Below, one piece after another: positions 1-10,649 of a stretch of DNA of 22,109 bases (the stretch's first letter is position 1; the number at the start of each line of letters is the position of its first letter). The stretch covers positions 1 to 22,109 of the forward strand of contig JAKMXF010000104.1 in the NCBI GenBank assembly GCA_024704765.1, read 5' to 3'. The translations under genes and the position numbers were made by a program. Below the pieces are notes generated by a model. The model worked only from the letters and a program-made list of their open reading frames with translations, did not search any database and was not told where the DNA came from. The DNA comes from Oopsacas minuta (taxonomy: Eukaryota > Animalia > Porifera).

Positions 1-1010
1 AAGTTGATATTGTCCGTTCTCTCTTTGACACCAAAATGGCTGGACTGTTAGATGGTGCTGGAGGAGCTTCTTGTCATCTATGTACTGCATCCGACGAAGG
101 AATTAAAAGCATTGAGTGGGTTCGTTCTGGATTCCCCATAAACAGGTTAATTAGCGATGCTTGGCAACTCTTTGATGAAGTTAACGAGGATGACTTCCTC
201 AAACTCCCATCCAAACAACACTTGTGTATAACTCACAAACCCACATCTGACATCAATATTATTGCTGCCTCCCCTTTGCATGCGTACATATGTGTATTCC
301 GGTGGTACATCTTATTAATATACCATCTTGATCCGGGTCGCAAGGTATGGTCACCATCTAATCACAAAGTAAATGCATCTATGAGGCGGATTCAAGCAAT
401 TCTTCCAGAGAAGTGTAGTTTCAGTGTGGATATTCCTTCAAGTCAGGGCGGTACATCAACTACTGAGAACATTGCACGTGATTGCTTTTTGGATAAGCGA
501 GACTTTTTAAAATAGGCGACTTACTCGATTAATCCATTCTGATAAACCCTAATTAGAGAAGATCCAGACTAATCTATCCGTGGTGTTACGACTTGTGAAC
601 AGCGGGTAACTTAATCAATTGCAGCTAAATAGAAGAGTTGTGTAAAGAAACTTATGAATACATCTTAGTTCAGTTTCCATGGCGAACATCACTCCCTCTT
701 TACACAAGCTACTTTACCATTCTTTCAAGATTATTGGAGAATATAATAATGGCAGGGGATTACAGAAACTATCAGAAGAATGTTTAGAAGTTTCTAATAA
801 GTTCGTGAGGCGGTATCGGGAAAATTTGCCAGAAAAACATTATTCTCTGACAATGTACGAGATATTCTAGTTCGCCTTCTGTGTTGTAGTAATCCCCTAT
901 TAGTGCAGAATCGTTTTACATCCACTAAAACGAGGAATTCTAGTACAAATGACCCAAATAGCCCCCAAGACATCTCATATAATAGCATAGTGTTGGAGAA
1001 TGATAATTAG
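1..1010 (+). pseudogene. RAG1-like / Transib-superfamily DDE transposase, C-terminal half, disrupted (5' part outside window)
   Basis: Frame from nt 3 reads VRSLFDTKMAGLLDGAGGASCHLC (second catalytic D plus CxxC, cf. RAG1 GTGYDEK...ICTLC). It continues GGTSTTENIAR (cf. RAG1 MNGNFARK). After stops and frameshifts it reads QFPW/ANITPSLHKLLYH (Zn-binding HxxxxH, cf. FHKTLAH), LSEECLEVSNKFVRRYRE (catalytic E, cf. Transib LSEEAxEARNK) and FARKT...RDILVRLLCCSNPL, ending at TAG 1008-1010. There is a premature TAG at 513-515 and several 1-bp indels. Confidence 0.9.
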
Positions 1011-1135
1011 TTAAAAATATCAAGATTCAGTTTGTACATTAAGTAACAGTTTCTCCACAAGGTAAATCCCCTCAAATATGTATTAAAGGGAAAAACTACA
1101 CCACTGGCTCATTATTATATAATAGCTTGTTATAT

Positions 1136-2467
1136 CAGGGCATTCAATAAGTCTTGCGGGTCATGATATATCTTAGAAATTAGTCAAGTAATATATCTAA
1201 CTTACATTAATTATAAGTTCACATAGTTAAACTCCATATACTGAAAGTTTCAAGCTTATTCAATACAAATTATGAATTTTTGAGATAGTTACGTATAGTC
1301 AATTTATACCCACTGTTAATTTATGGCTTCAAAGGATGATAATTCAAACTCAAATGGCGAGCTTACGTAGAGTTTCGCACATTACTCAAGATCCAGCCCG
1401 TACAGATCCTCAGCGAGTGACAGGAGATATAGTTGCGTGGATTGCCCTTCCAGATGTATTGTAGAGCGATGGGCTGCCCCTTATAGATCTGGTGATGCTG
1501 ATGTCACAGATTTGCCTCGATCTGGAAGACCGCTATCTGCCACCACTTCAGAGAATATCGCACTCATTCAAAGTATGGTCATGGAAGACAAGTACATTAC
1601 TGTCAATTAGTTAGAACAAAGTATGGTGATTTCATCGGGAGCTATTCATACAATTCTGACGACTGAGCTTGGCTACCGATCAATTTGTGGGAAATAGGTC
1701 CCGAATAAGCTCAGTGAGAATCAAAGGTTGGCACGACTGAATATTACCAAGTAACTCTTGGAAACTCATGAGAACTGCGATTCTAGACGCCTAACAGAGA
1801 TTATTACTGGTGACGAGACGTGGGCGTACTATTCAACATCATATAGCAAGTATAAGATGCGATCATGGGTGAGGGGCGACGAACAACCGGCGAAAATCCC
1901 TAGGCCCTACTTCAGAAAACCTAAGATTATGTATACCATCTTCTTCAGTAGTCATTGAATTGTCTTGCAATTACCTTGTGAGAGTGGTAAGGCTGTTACT
2001 GCTACTTTCTTTATAGAGCAAGTGCTTCCAAATTTGATAAGAAATATAGAAAAGTACAGCCCGAAGACCGGAACTCGAGGAATGAAGATTTTAATTGATA
2101 ATGCTAGTTCCCATACAGCCAAGCTTACCAAAAACCTCTGGGATGTAGAAGGGTTAGCATTACTTCCCCATCCACCATACTCACCAGACCTAGCTCAGTG
2201 TGATTTTTGGCTATTCCCCAAGCTTAAAATCTACCTTCAAGGCATAGATTTTAATACATTACAAGCACTCGGAACGGGCCTGTACCAGTACTTCAAATCC
2301 ATCCCCGAAGAAGTGCACAAAAATGTGTTTTACAAGTGGGTGGAAAGGGTAAAACTTTGTGTATCTGCAGGAGGGGATTACTTTGAATAAATAATATAGT
2401 GAATTAGTGTGTATAGAGTTTGTATCATATTCTATGATATCACCCGCAAGACTTATTGAACGCCCTA
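1136..2467 (+). mobile_element. Mariner (Tc1/mariner, DD34D) element, family 1, full length but decayed
   Basis: 26-bp TIRs CAGGGCATTCAATAAGTCTTGCGGGT (1136-1161) and reverse complement of 2442-2467 differ at 2 positions. The element is ~1.33 kb and encloses a mariner transposase. The TA TSD is not cleanly preserved, so the ends are uncertain by 1-2 bp. Confidence 0.92.
1323..2390 (+). pseudogene. Mariner transposase pseudogene (DD34D)
   Basis: HTH region RAYVEFRTLL...RSGRP; WVPxxL motif decayed to *VPNKL; first D in ITGDETW; second D in IDNASSH; third D in YSPDLAQCDFWLF, with 34 residues between the second and third D. Ends GGDYFE*. Several in-frame stops and an early frameshift. Confidence 0.92.
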
Positions 2468-2584
2468 GTTTATATGCTATAATCCTCCTAATAGGAAACT
2501 TGGCTTTATACAATTAATTCAATAATAGAACTAACAAATAATATTATTGAGCCATGAATGTTAAAAATAATGAAATCACCGAAA

Positions 2585-3151
2585 CAGAGCTGCAAATGGG
2601 TCAGATGAAGTGACCCATGGGTCATAACCCATTTATTCTTTTCTGACCCATTCTGACCCATATGGATTTCATTATTAGGAGCAAGTATAATGTAAGTATT
2701 CAGTCTAGCACAATAATTAAATCAAGTTGTTTTTATATCCATTCAACAAAACAGAGACAGCTTCGATAGTTTCTGGCAACATTGCATCCCGTTGAGATGT
2801 TATGATATGCCGAAGATTAAGGCACTAAAGTGTCTCTCGCTTTCGAATGAGGATGCCTGAATTACCAATAGTCCCATGGCAATTTTTGATAATAATGGAA
2901 ACCTAAGTTTATTCTGCTTCCACCAATCAAGGAGATTAAAATTCTCACTTGTAGTATTCCAAGCATTTAGTATAATGACCACCTCTATTACTTCCAATTA
3001 GAAGGTTTTCTAATTGACAAATAACTTTTTTTAAGGCTACATTGTATATAAGTAAAATTTTGATGGGTCATGACCCATTAACGCATAACTCATGACCCAC
3101 TGATCCATCTGACCCATTGACCCATGGGTCAGTGACCCATTTGCAGCTCTG
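2585..3151 (-). mobile_element. Non-autonomous hAT element (internal-deletion derivative), 567 bp
   Basis: Perfect 19-bp TIRs CAGAGCTGCAAATGGGTCA and an exact 8-bp TSD CACCGAAA (2577-2584 and 3152-3159). Clusters of subterminal TGACCCA motifs lie at both ends, including the palindrome TGACCCATGGGTCA near each end. Confidence 0.95.
2800..2997 (-). pseudogene. hAT transposase C-terminal dimerisation-domain fragment
   Basis: LLDWWKQNKLRFPLLSKIAMGLLVIQASSFESERHFSA matches the hAT dimerisation motif (WW...FP.L..IA...L.I.ASS..SER.FS). Confidence 0.88.
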
Positions 3152-3270
3152 CACCGAAATGACGTCATATCCCAATAGTGGTAATACAACGGAAAGTTTA
3201 TGGTGTCGATTTAATATTTTGACCACATAGAACATGCCTAGTTGTAATAGTTACCTTAGTACGTCATTAT

Positions 3271-3290
3271 GGCGATTTTGGCACACTGTG
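3271..3290 (-). repeat. Putative right terminal inverted repeat of the Transib element, beginning with an RSS-type heptamer
   Basis: The minus strand reads CACAGTG-TGCCAAAATCGCC: an exact V(D)J RSS heptamer followed by an A-tract/AAAATCG motif like that of known Transib ends. Orientation and distance fit the upstream transposase. Confidence 0.7.
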
Positions 3291-3877
3291 ACATTATTTA
3301 CCAAGTCTTATATAATATGTTTGACTATGCTGATATTTCCGATTGACCTTTGGAGAACTACTATTTTGATACAAAAATATATTGCAATAATGGACTAATA
3401 GAAATTAAGTCACTAAAAATAATAGATTAAATGTATAATACGTATTATAAGTAATACGTCTTAGTTGAAAGGCGTATTAAATAACTTAGCTTAAATGGTC
3501 TTGGTCCGACTTTCCAAGAAGAACTACCTTTGATGATGACTGCTGGAATACGTTTCGTACTGGCTAAGAACGTCCTTTCTTTCTCAAATCGCAAGCATGT
3601 GTAGCAAAAAGCAGCATCAGTAATAATGTCATAATGTAGCTATGAAAATGCGTCAAACCTCTCTGCACAAAGATATATTTCTTCAAGTTCAAACGAAACT
3701 GATGCTTAGGAGAAGTAAACCATTTGGTTGCCTTGGATTGCTCAGGAAGGCAAAATGATTCAGCCATGAATGAAATGTATCATATATTTTGCTAAACGTA
3801 TAAAAAATTACAAATGAATATTGTGAATATGTACGCAAACCACCTATGGTGCACTTGTGCCGTATTACATGCCGTAC

Positions 3878-4054
3878 CGTGAACTACGTAATAATAAGGA
3901 CTAGAAACAGTAATAAAAAACTGGACCATGAATGAACTACAGGTGCATTCGTTTTTGTGTTATTTATTATCAGTTATGAAATTTAAATAATAAATGTCCC
4001 TATTTTAATTGAAAATCAACTCTGAAATTGGATCAGGGATGGATAGAAGTCATT
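3878..4054 (+). repeat. TIR of the P-like element (3' end of element)
   Basis: CGTGAACTACGTAATAATAAGGACTAGAAACAG... aligns end to end with the reverse complement of 7411-7586 (roughly 85% identity by eye). Confidence 0.92.
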
Positions 4055-5924
4055 TAAGTAAAGTATGTTAGCATCATAGCATATCATTGCTTATAACCAA
4101 AATAATAACATAATAATAGGCCTAAAACACCAGGAATATAATAAAGGAATAGGAAACCAAAATCATTCCAAAACTGTTAATGATTTAGTAGCAGGAACTA
4201 ATATGCTTCTAAATTGATCTAAATTTCTTCAATTTCCGGGAATCATTCTTACTAGATGTGATTTCCGAGTTGACACTCCGAACTTTATTAGCTAGTATGC
4301 AATTAGTGCATACACTAAGAATCTTCCTAAGGATAATCCAACCAGAAGTATCACAGCCCTTACAATTATCTCTCCAATGCTAGCTAAAATTATCAACCAA
4401 CATATTTTCAGTCAGCTGAATTAATACCTTTCTTGATGGCAAGGAATAGAAGTGTTTCCTAAGAGTTTCCTTCTCATTAATCTTGATAAATATTTTCCAT
4501 AAAACGACAATAGATTCAATTACTATTTCTGAAGGCCATTTCAGAGAACCACGATCAATGTACCTTATAAGGTCATATTTAATAGTGTCTGTAATCTCAT
4601 ATCTTGGTTCTCAGTTAGTTGCTGACTACAAAGATGGCAAGTGGCAGTTTTAAGATAAGAGTATACAGCGTAACCACCAATAAATACAATTGATTGGAGA
4701 ACATGAAGGTCGAGGTTAATAGAATTTAGATCATGTAACAAATCAGCATACTTATCGCAAGATATATTTGTGAATTCATCTGAAGTTGGAGAAAATGTGT
4801 TGATAAATTGTTTTAGGGTAAGTTCTCCTTTCCTTCGTTGTGATGAAAATAACCTAAGAATACTTGACAAATTTAAGCGACGTTGACTCCTAACATTGGA
4901 GAATAGGTGATATGATACTGAGCACCACTCATCATTCGATATAGACCAAATTGGTGTTCAATAGGGTCATTCTGAAGTCGAGAGCTTAGAACATACTCAT
5001 ATCCACAATTCTGAGTTAGGTGTGAAACGAGCAACGGGAGAACTATACAAAAATGACGAAAACTTATGAAAGTGTGTGGACTAAGTTTCCCACCCCTACC
5101 AGTTGTTGAACTCCATCGCTCAAGCCATTTAGAAACTAATTCAAGATACACAAAACGCCAATCTTGGTCTGTGAGAGACCTGGAATACTCATCATTCAAG
5201 TGGACGTGTTTGAAAGGCGTATTTATGTTGAAGATTTTCCAAACCTTACTAATTACATCGACAAAGTTAGAAGTGTCGTTTGCTGAATCTGGGTGCTAGT
5301 GACTTTGAATTTTAATAAGCTGCACAAGTTGAATCATTGAATATGCGAAGAGCTAGATTAACATTGTGACGTTCTAGACTTGTAGGCTAACACGCCTTGG
5401 AACTAAGTCTGTGAGCTTGCTTGACTGTAGAATACTGTTCACTTTTGTACAACCATCGGATATTATTAAACTTTGCCTCATTCTGGTTGGTAGTGGAAGT
5501 AGGGAGCTGTTAATAGATATGCCTATCCGGGTATATAAAAGTAAGATCAGAGTCCTTTAGGTCTAGCAAATTGTTTCTTATTGACTTGATAATAAGTACA
5601 AAATCAAACAGTATATAAAGGTTTCTCTAAGGACAAGCTGGATGTGGAACAACAGGAAGTAATGTCTTTTGGTCGGAGGAACATAATTTGAGCAAATGTA
5701 CATTCAATGAGAAGTTGTTTGTCACGAGTACTTCAACGAATAAACCACACTTTTCAATATCAAAGATTACAGACTTGACAATTGGGTGTAGTTCTTCAGC
5801 GGTAGAAAAGTTTGAGAGAAACAACATGGCAACTTGTGACCATTTTCTGGTTAAACTAGAGATAATCAAGGCAAAACCTTTTTAGTCAGAGTAGTAGGAT
5901 CAATCTCAACAACCACCTTCCCGC

Positions 5925-5986
5925 CTAAACAAGATAATATGAAAAGTTAGAATACCATAATTAGAAATTATATTACCATGTATTAC
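5925..5986 (-). other. Spliceosomal intron (62 bp, phase 1) in the P transposase
   Basis: CAAG|GTAATA...CTAAC...TTGTTTAG|GC. Removing it gives SYQ-G-GKVV, in the expected position after the first catalytic-D strand. Confidence 0.7.
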
Positions 5987-6220
5987 CTTGATAAGAAATA
6001 TCAGATGTAATGTGGACCTCGTTCATATTGAGGGCAACATGTCGATTCCTCTCAAAAAATCTATTGTTAAGTTCTTAAGTATATGGAAATATTAACTATC
6101 TAACCCAATGCAAGACGATAATGCACGAAGTGATCTAGTTGTTGGAAGAAATAGACAATCCAATGATTGAAAAAACCGATAGCAAGCAGGTGAGATCAAA
6201 TGTACTTTCAAGGCGACTGC

Positions 6221-6280
6221 CTAAAATTAGTAAAAGGGCAAAAAAAGAAAGAAATAGATAAGAAATGTAGAAACACTAAC
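6221..6280 (-). other. Spliceosomal intron (60 bp, phase 0) in the P transposase
   Basis: CAG|GTTAGT...T-rich tract...CTAAT-TTTAG|GCA. Removing it joins RYNVVTQ to AVALKVHLISPACY in frame. Confidence 0.8.
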
Positions 6281-7410
6281 CTGAGTAACTACGTTATACC
6301 TCCTTTTGGTTGGTGAAACTAATGAGTTTTCAAGCTGACAAGTAATGAACTGTAGGAGGGGTAACAAAGTATTGCCCTTTATATCATGCTCAGTTATTTC
6401 TGTATTTTCTAATATCGAGATTGATGATTGTAATTTAGTGACGGTCTCTTTGATATTTTCAAGAACAATACTTGATTCAAATAACCCCGGATTAGTGTAG
6501 TTTAGAATATCACCAATTAAGGTCTCAATTTGTCCTATATCTGTTAATCGACTGAGACTCAAATGAACTTGGTGTTGGCAACAAACTGCTGAAACTGTTA
6601 AATTTGAATGAATCGATAAGGTAGATAGAATATGTATAGACTGATTGGCGAATTCCAACTGTAGATCTCTAAGATATTACTAGAGGAGTACTAGATCGCC
6701 CAAACTTGATTAAGGTGTAACTCTGGCAACTTAATTTAAGATCCTCAAAATTCCCCAAACCGAACCGTAATGAATCTTGCTGATCCTGTATAATGCTATC
6801 GTGGAGAGCTTTAGCAAAGTTTTACTCTTCCTTAGATTCAAGATTTAAACGCTTTGCTATTTGACCAGTCGTATTCAAATATGATGGGCCTGCTTGGAAA
6901 ATAATAGACACTGCGTTCGGGCGATAAATTGGTCTGATGCGTGGTATTTCAGAGTAGCTACCATCAGCTTGGAGTGCCCGGTCAACGCGAATAAGATCTT
7001 CCTCCCTAAAATGGTGCATGCAAATGAATATCTTATCCTCTGGAAGGTCTTCGGCTAGATCCCTATGAAGAGCTCTAATCCACTTCTCTTTCAAGTCTTT
7101 GGATCCTTTCGGTAAACTGAAAACGGTGCCAGTAGGGTGACCTCGGTATTAGTTTTGTACCCCAATACAGAACATGTATTTGGCATTAAGAAGTGTCTAA
7201 AATACATGTGAATAAAAGAAAAAGGTAAAACAAAGAAGGAGGAAATGTATAAAGACGAAAAATCAGGGAATTCCAGTCATGGGAAAAGTTCCGCGAAAAT
7301 ACAGCATAGAATATTCCAAAACAGTACCTGCATTCATTTAATAAAATAAATTAATGATATAATCTAATTATGGTTTAGTTGTTATGTGGTTATTAATAAT
7401 ATTCTATTTC

Positions 7411-7586
7411 AATGCCTTTATCTCATCCCTGGTCCAATTTCAGAATCGATTACCGAATTAAAATAGGTACATTTATTATTTAAAGTCCATAACTGATAAT
7501 AAATAGCACAAAAACGAATGCACTTGTAGTTCATCCATGGTCCAGTTTTTATTACTGTTTCCAGTCCTTATATTACGTAGTTCGCG
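7411..7586 (-). repeat. TIR of the P-like element (5' end of element)
   Basis: Reverse complement reads CGCGAACTACGTAATATAAGGACTGGAAACAG..., matching 3878-4054. Confidence 0.92.
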
Positions 7587-7968
7587 GCCGTACCAATACA
7601 GAATATGGGCAAATTATTGATGCCGCGGTCGCCGCACACGCTCTTACGGGTCTAACACTGATGATGCATTTTGGTATGATATCTCTAAAGAAAATGATGC
7701 AATTTTGAAAATGCCAATATATTACATTATTGATGACAATGCAATTTTCTTTTGAGAAATCAAATTCAAATGTATTAACATCTATAGGATTGGGTGTACA
7801 CAATATGTTAGGCCGGATCGAGAAAAGTATACATCACCGCTTCAACTTCTACCTAAGGCAAAAGTTGCCTTTACTCTTTTCTAGGAAAATGCGAGACATA
7901 AATTTGAAAAATATTTCGAGTTGACCCTTGCGGTTTTATATTTTGCTGTGTCACTTTAGCAAACTTGN

Positions 7969-8090
7969 CTCTCTCTAAGTTTTGTTAGAAAGTTGAAATA
8001 TGGTTCTATATAATTGCACTGAGAAATACTAGCTTAGAACTGCTATTTCATTAAAAATATACAGTGATTAGTAAATATTGAATGCCCCTG
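7969..8090 (-). mobile_element. Mariner family 2, terminal fragment (probably the 5' end), cut at the N at 7968
   Basis: The minus strand reads TA|CAGGGGCATTCAATATTTACTAATCA, the same TIR as at 17627 and 21705 with 2 differences. The internal sequence differs from those 3' ends, so this is probably the opposite end. Confidence 0.8.
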
Positions 8091-9919
8091 TACATTGGCT
8101 AAATGGTAAGTTTGTTTACTTAAAAGAATATGTGATCCATGATCACTACAATAATTCTGTAACGGGCGAATTTGATCATGGTAAATTTTTGATATTTTGT
8201 ATGAAAACATCCCATTTTCCAAAATTTTGTAAACGTATATTCAATCAGAGGCTCTATTCAGAGCTTATGATTGATGCATTTTTGGAATACAAATGTCTAT
8301 ATGGCAATCGGCTGGGGTTATTTCGTCTTCAAAATTTTGCCTAGATGGATTGTGTATAGTTAAAACCTATTTGTCTTCATATCAAAATATTTGAGTTACA
8401 GTCGTGTTAAGTTTCTATATATCTATATTCTATCGGGATTTTAGTGAGATTAATTCCAGATTTTCTAGAAAATTTAATCGATTTCTAACCATTGTTTATT
8501 GAATGTGATTGATTTTAAACGAATTGACATGAACTTTTGCATCAATATTCCTTGATAAATTTATTTGTTGTTTGTTGCTTAGCAGGGTAGTTTTAGTTGG
8601 TGAAATATATTAATCATGATTGTATACTCTGATATGTTGCGTTCAGATGATAATTGATTGGTAAAAATTTTGATAACAAACGAAACTGATTTTGGTATTT
8701 TTCAAACATCCTCATTTCTATGCAAAATTCTATAGGAATTCTAGATTTATAATGTGCCAGGAATAATCTAAATAATTGTATATATGATGGTGAATCAATA
8801 ATTTCGGCAACATGAGTGTGGTTTACCTTCTGAGAATATCATATTATTCCCCTTATCTGCTTTACAATGAATTGTTAGTGGGATTTGTGAGGTAATTTGC
8901 AAACCAAGTCAAAGGTCAATGGAGTCGGCAGTTATATTCCAGAACCAAATCACAAAAGCTTTACATCTGGATCATGGTAATAATTTTCCATCCGGAGGCA
9001 AAACACTTAGATAATACTCAAATTCAATTTAGAATTGTATATACGGTAGTTAACATCATAAATGGTCTCAATTAGGATAAATCGAGATTCCTATAAACTT
9101 TGCACAGAAAGGAAGGATTTGCTTAGAAACCACTCAAAAACTCCGATTGTCAAAAATAATCCATTAATCGTTATCCTTTATCGCAACTTTTCAGAGGGTG
9201 TGCAATCCATTTCACAATATTTCGATTATCTAAACAACCTTATGATTAGGTATTTATCGACCAAGTTCATAAATATAATGGATAAAATAACAATTGTATT
9301 CCGATAACGAATCTAGGAGCACAAATATTGCTGTGAATGTTCAAATTGCAATTGTAGAGTTACTTGAATTTTGTCTAAAGGATGAAACCAGAAAGTGTTT
9401 CCTTAATCTTATATGATGGGACCTCAATTTCTGGATACACGATTAAATATTTACGCGGAGTAACCTTCAGATTTGGTGAAAATAATTAATGATGACCGGA
9501 AAATTAGTGAAGAGACAAAGTTTTTGAATCGCTATATACATATTTCCAATCTAAAGATTGATCTGACAATCCAATAGAAGAAAATCTTTGTAATTAGGTC
9601 TAAAACCTATCGAGAGCTAAATGTATCAATCGATAATCAAAAAATTATTCTATTAGGTTCGATTGGCAACCTGAAAATTATGCCACATCTAGGAATAGAG
9701 AAACTAGAATTCAATGTACAATATTATGAATCCTTTTCGTAAACGTACAGGAAAACCGACAAGATTGGAAAAACCAATGAAATATACTCAATTCTCGAAG
9801 CAATGTCTGTCTGCAATTGTTATCAATCTTTGCTCAATGTTGGGTTACAATCCAAATATGTATTGTCAGTTGATAGAGAACTTCTGGATTAGCAGGTAGG
9901 TAGTCGTTATTAGATATGA

Positions 9920-10540
9920 ATTCAAGACACAATGGAATATGAGTGTCTAGTTATAGTCGCGTCAACAAAGTTTACACTATGATTTACAGTCAAGTAAGGG
10001 AAATTTCCAGAGTTCATTGAGTTAAAGATGCCTATTGATCCGAAATAATTCTAGTCCTCGTTAGATTATAGGTGTTTATCAGTGGAATCAGTGTTGTAAC
10101 TGAAGGATCTCCGACTGGAACCTATCTCTCGTTCCTCTAGCCACACCCCCATATACCTACCCGACCAGAAGGTTGTCTCCCTCGATGGTACTTCCTTCTG
10201 CCAAACATACTCTCGTCCATCTCAACAATCTCTTCAGGTCCACTTTATGCTGAGGATTCGCCAAAACCTCTACACAAAGATCGCCATGAAGTTCGTCCAA
10301 AAAGTGATTGTTGTCGTTGATCATCCCAGATTCTCTACCAATGCGCCTGTACTACTGAATTCCTTTGATCAAAGATAAATAAATTGGAACAGATCAATTA
10401 ATGGTGAATACGAGGCTTCGAAGAAGGAACCTATTCTAAGAGATATTTCTCATAAGACACCCCCAATTTCGGTCTCTGGCGCACCTGAAAATTTACCTTG
10501 CAACAAAACTAAGCTACACTTTCAGAGCAAGAAATACAAG
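9920..10540 (-). pseudogene. Merlin (IS1595/ISXO2-like) transposase remnant
   Basis: Across frameshifts: CISC...FRCARD (Zn ribbon), EISLRIGSFFEAS..LFQFIYL*SKE, TTITFWTNFM/RDLC, GPEEIVEMDESMFGRRKYHRGR, VYGGVARGT, TTLIPLI....TRIISDQ*A, YLTVNHSVNFVD. No TIRs found. Confidence 0.88.
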
Positions 10541-10649
10541 CGTCAGCACCACCAATATAATAATTTCACGGAATTACACAGATGCTAGGTGAACTATAGG
10601 CATCATAATAATAATGCTAAAGTGAGCCTTTGAAGTGTACTGTTATTTA

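Larger units (their letters stand above)
1..3290 (+). mobile_element. Transib-like DNA transposon, right portion, interrupted by nested mariner and hAT insertions
   Basis: The transposase is followed by ~370 bp of 3' sequence once the two nested elements are removed (1011-1135, 2468-2584, 3160-3290). It ends in CACTGTG at 3284-3290. The left end and the TSD partner are outside the window. Confidence 0.72.
4209..7186 (-). pseudogene. THAP-domain P-element transposase pseudogene (multi-exon)
   Basis: ATG at 7186 gives MPNTCSVLG(Y), then after a -1 shift P..W...FICMHHF (THAP; second Cys lost). Further motifs: ISPACYRF..FLPTTRSLR; ALNMNEVH (first catalytic D read as N); IISSLTRKW..LVTNN (second D read as N); LFDFVLIIKSIRNN; LQNDPIEHQFG (catalytic E); IGGYAV..CHLC; DRGSL..PS; ...RKLKKFRSI* ending at 4209. 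Many stops and frameshifts. Confidence 0.92.
3878..7586 (-). mobile_element. P-superfamily (THAP) DNA transposon with long TIRs, Galileo-like, 3709 bp, decayed
   Basis: ~175-bp imperfect TIRs; identical 7-bp flanks GCCGTAC at 3871-3877 and 7587-7593; internal THAP plus P-type transposase on the minus strand. Confidence 0.92.

Noticed and set aside
1011-3290. RAG2-like gene convergent with the RAG1-like gene (ProtoRAG layout)
   Set aside because: Only ~370 bp remain after removing the mariner and hAT, and no kelch- or PHD-like coding remnant is visible.
3251-3290. Complete 12- or 23-RSS at the Transib end
   Set aside because: The heptamer is perfect, but the 9-mers at 12-bp spacing (CATAATGAC) and 23-bp spacing do not resemble ACAAAAACC.
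3434-3449. 16-bp perfect palindrome TATAATACGTATTATA
   Set aside because: Almost all A/T and without supporting context, so plausible by chance.
794-5885. Short ORFs 794-988(-), 2259-2513(-), 5066-5299(+) and 5688-5885(+)
   Set aside because: They are antisense shadows of transposase sequence on the opposite strand.
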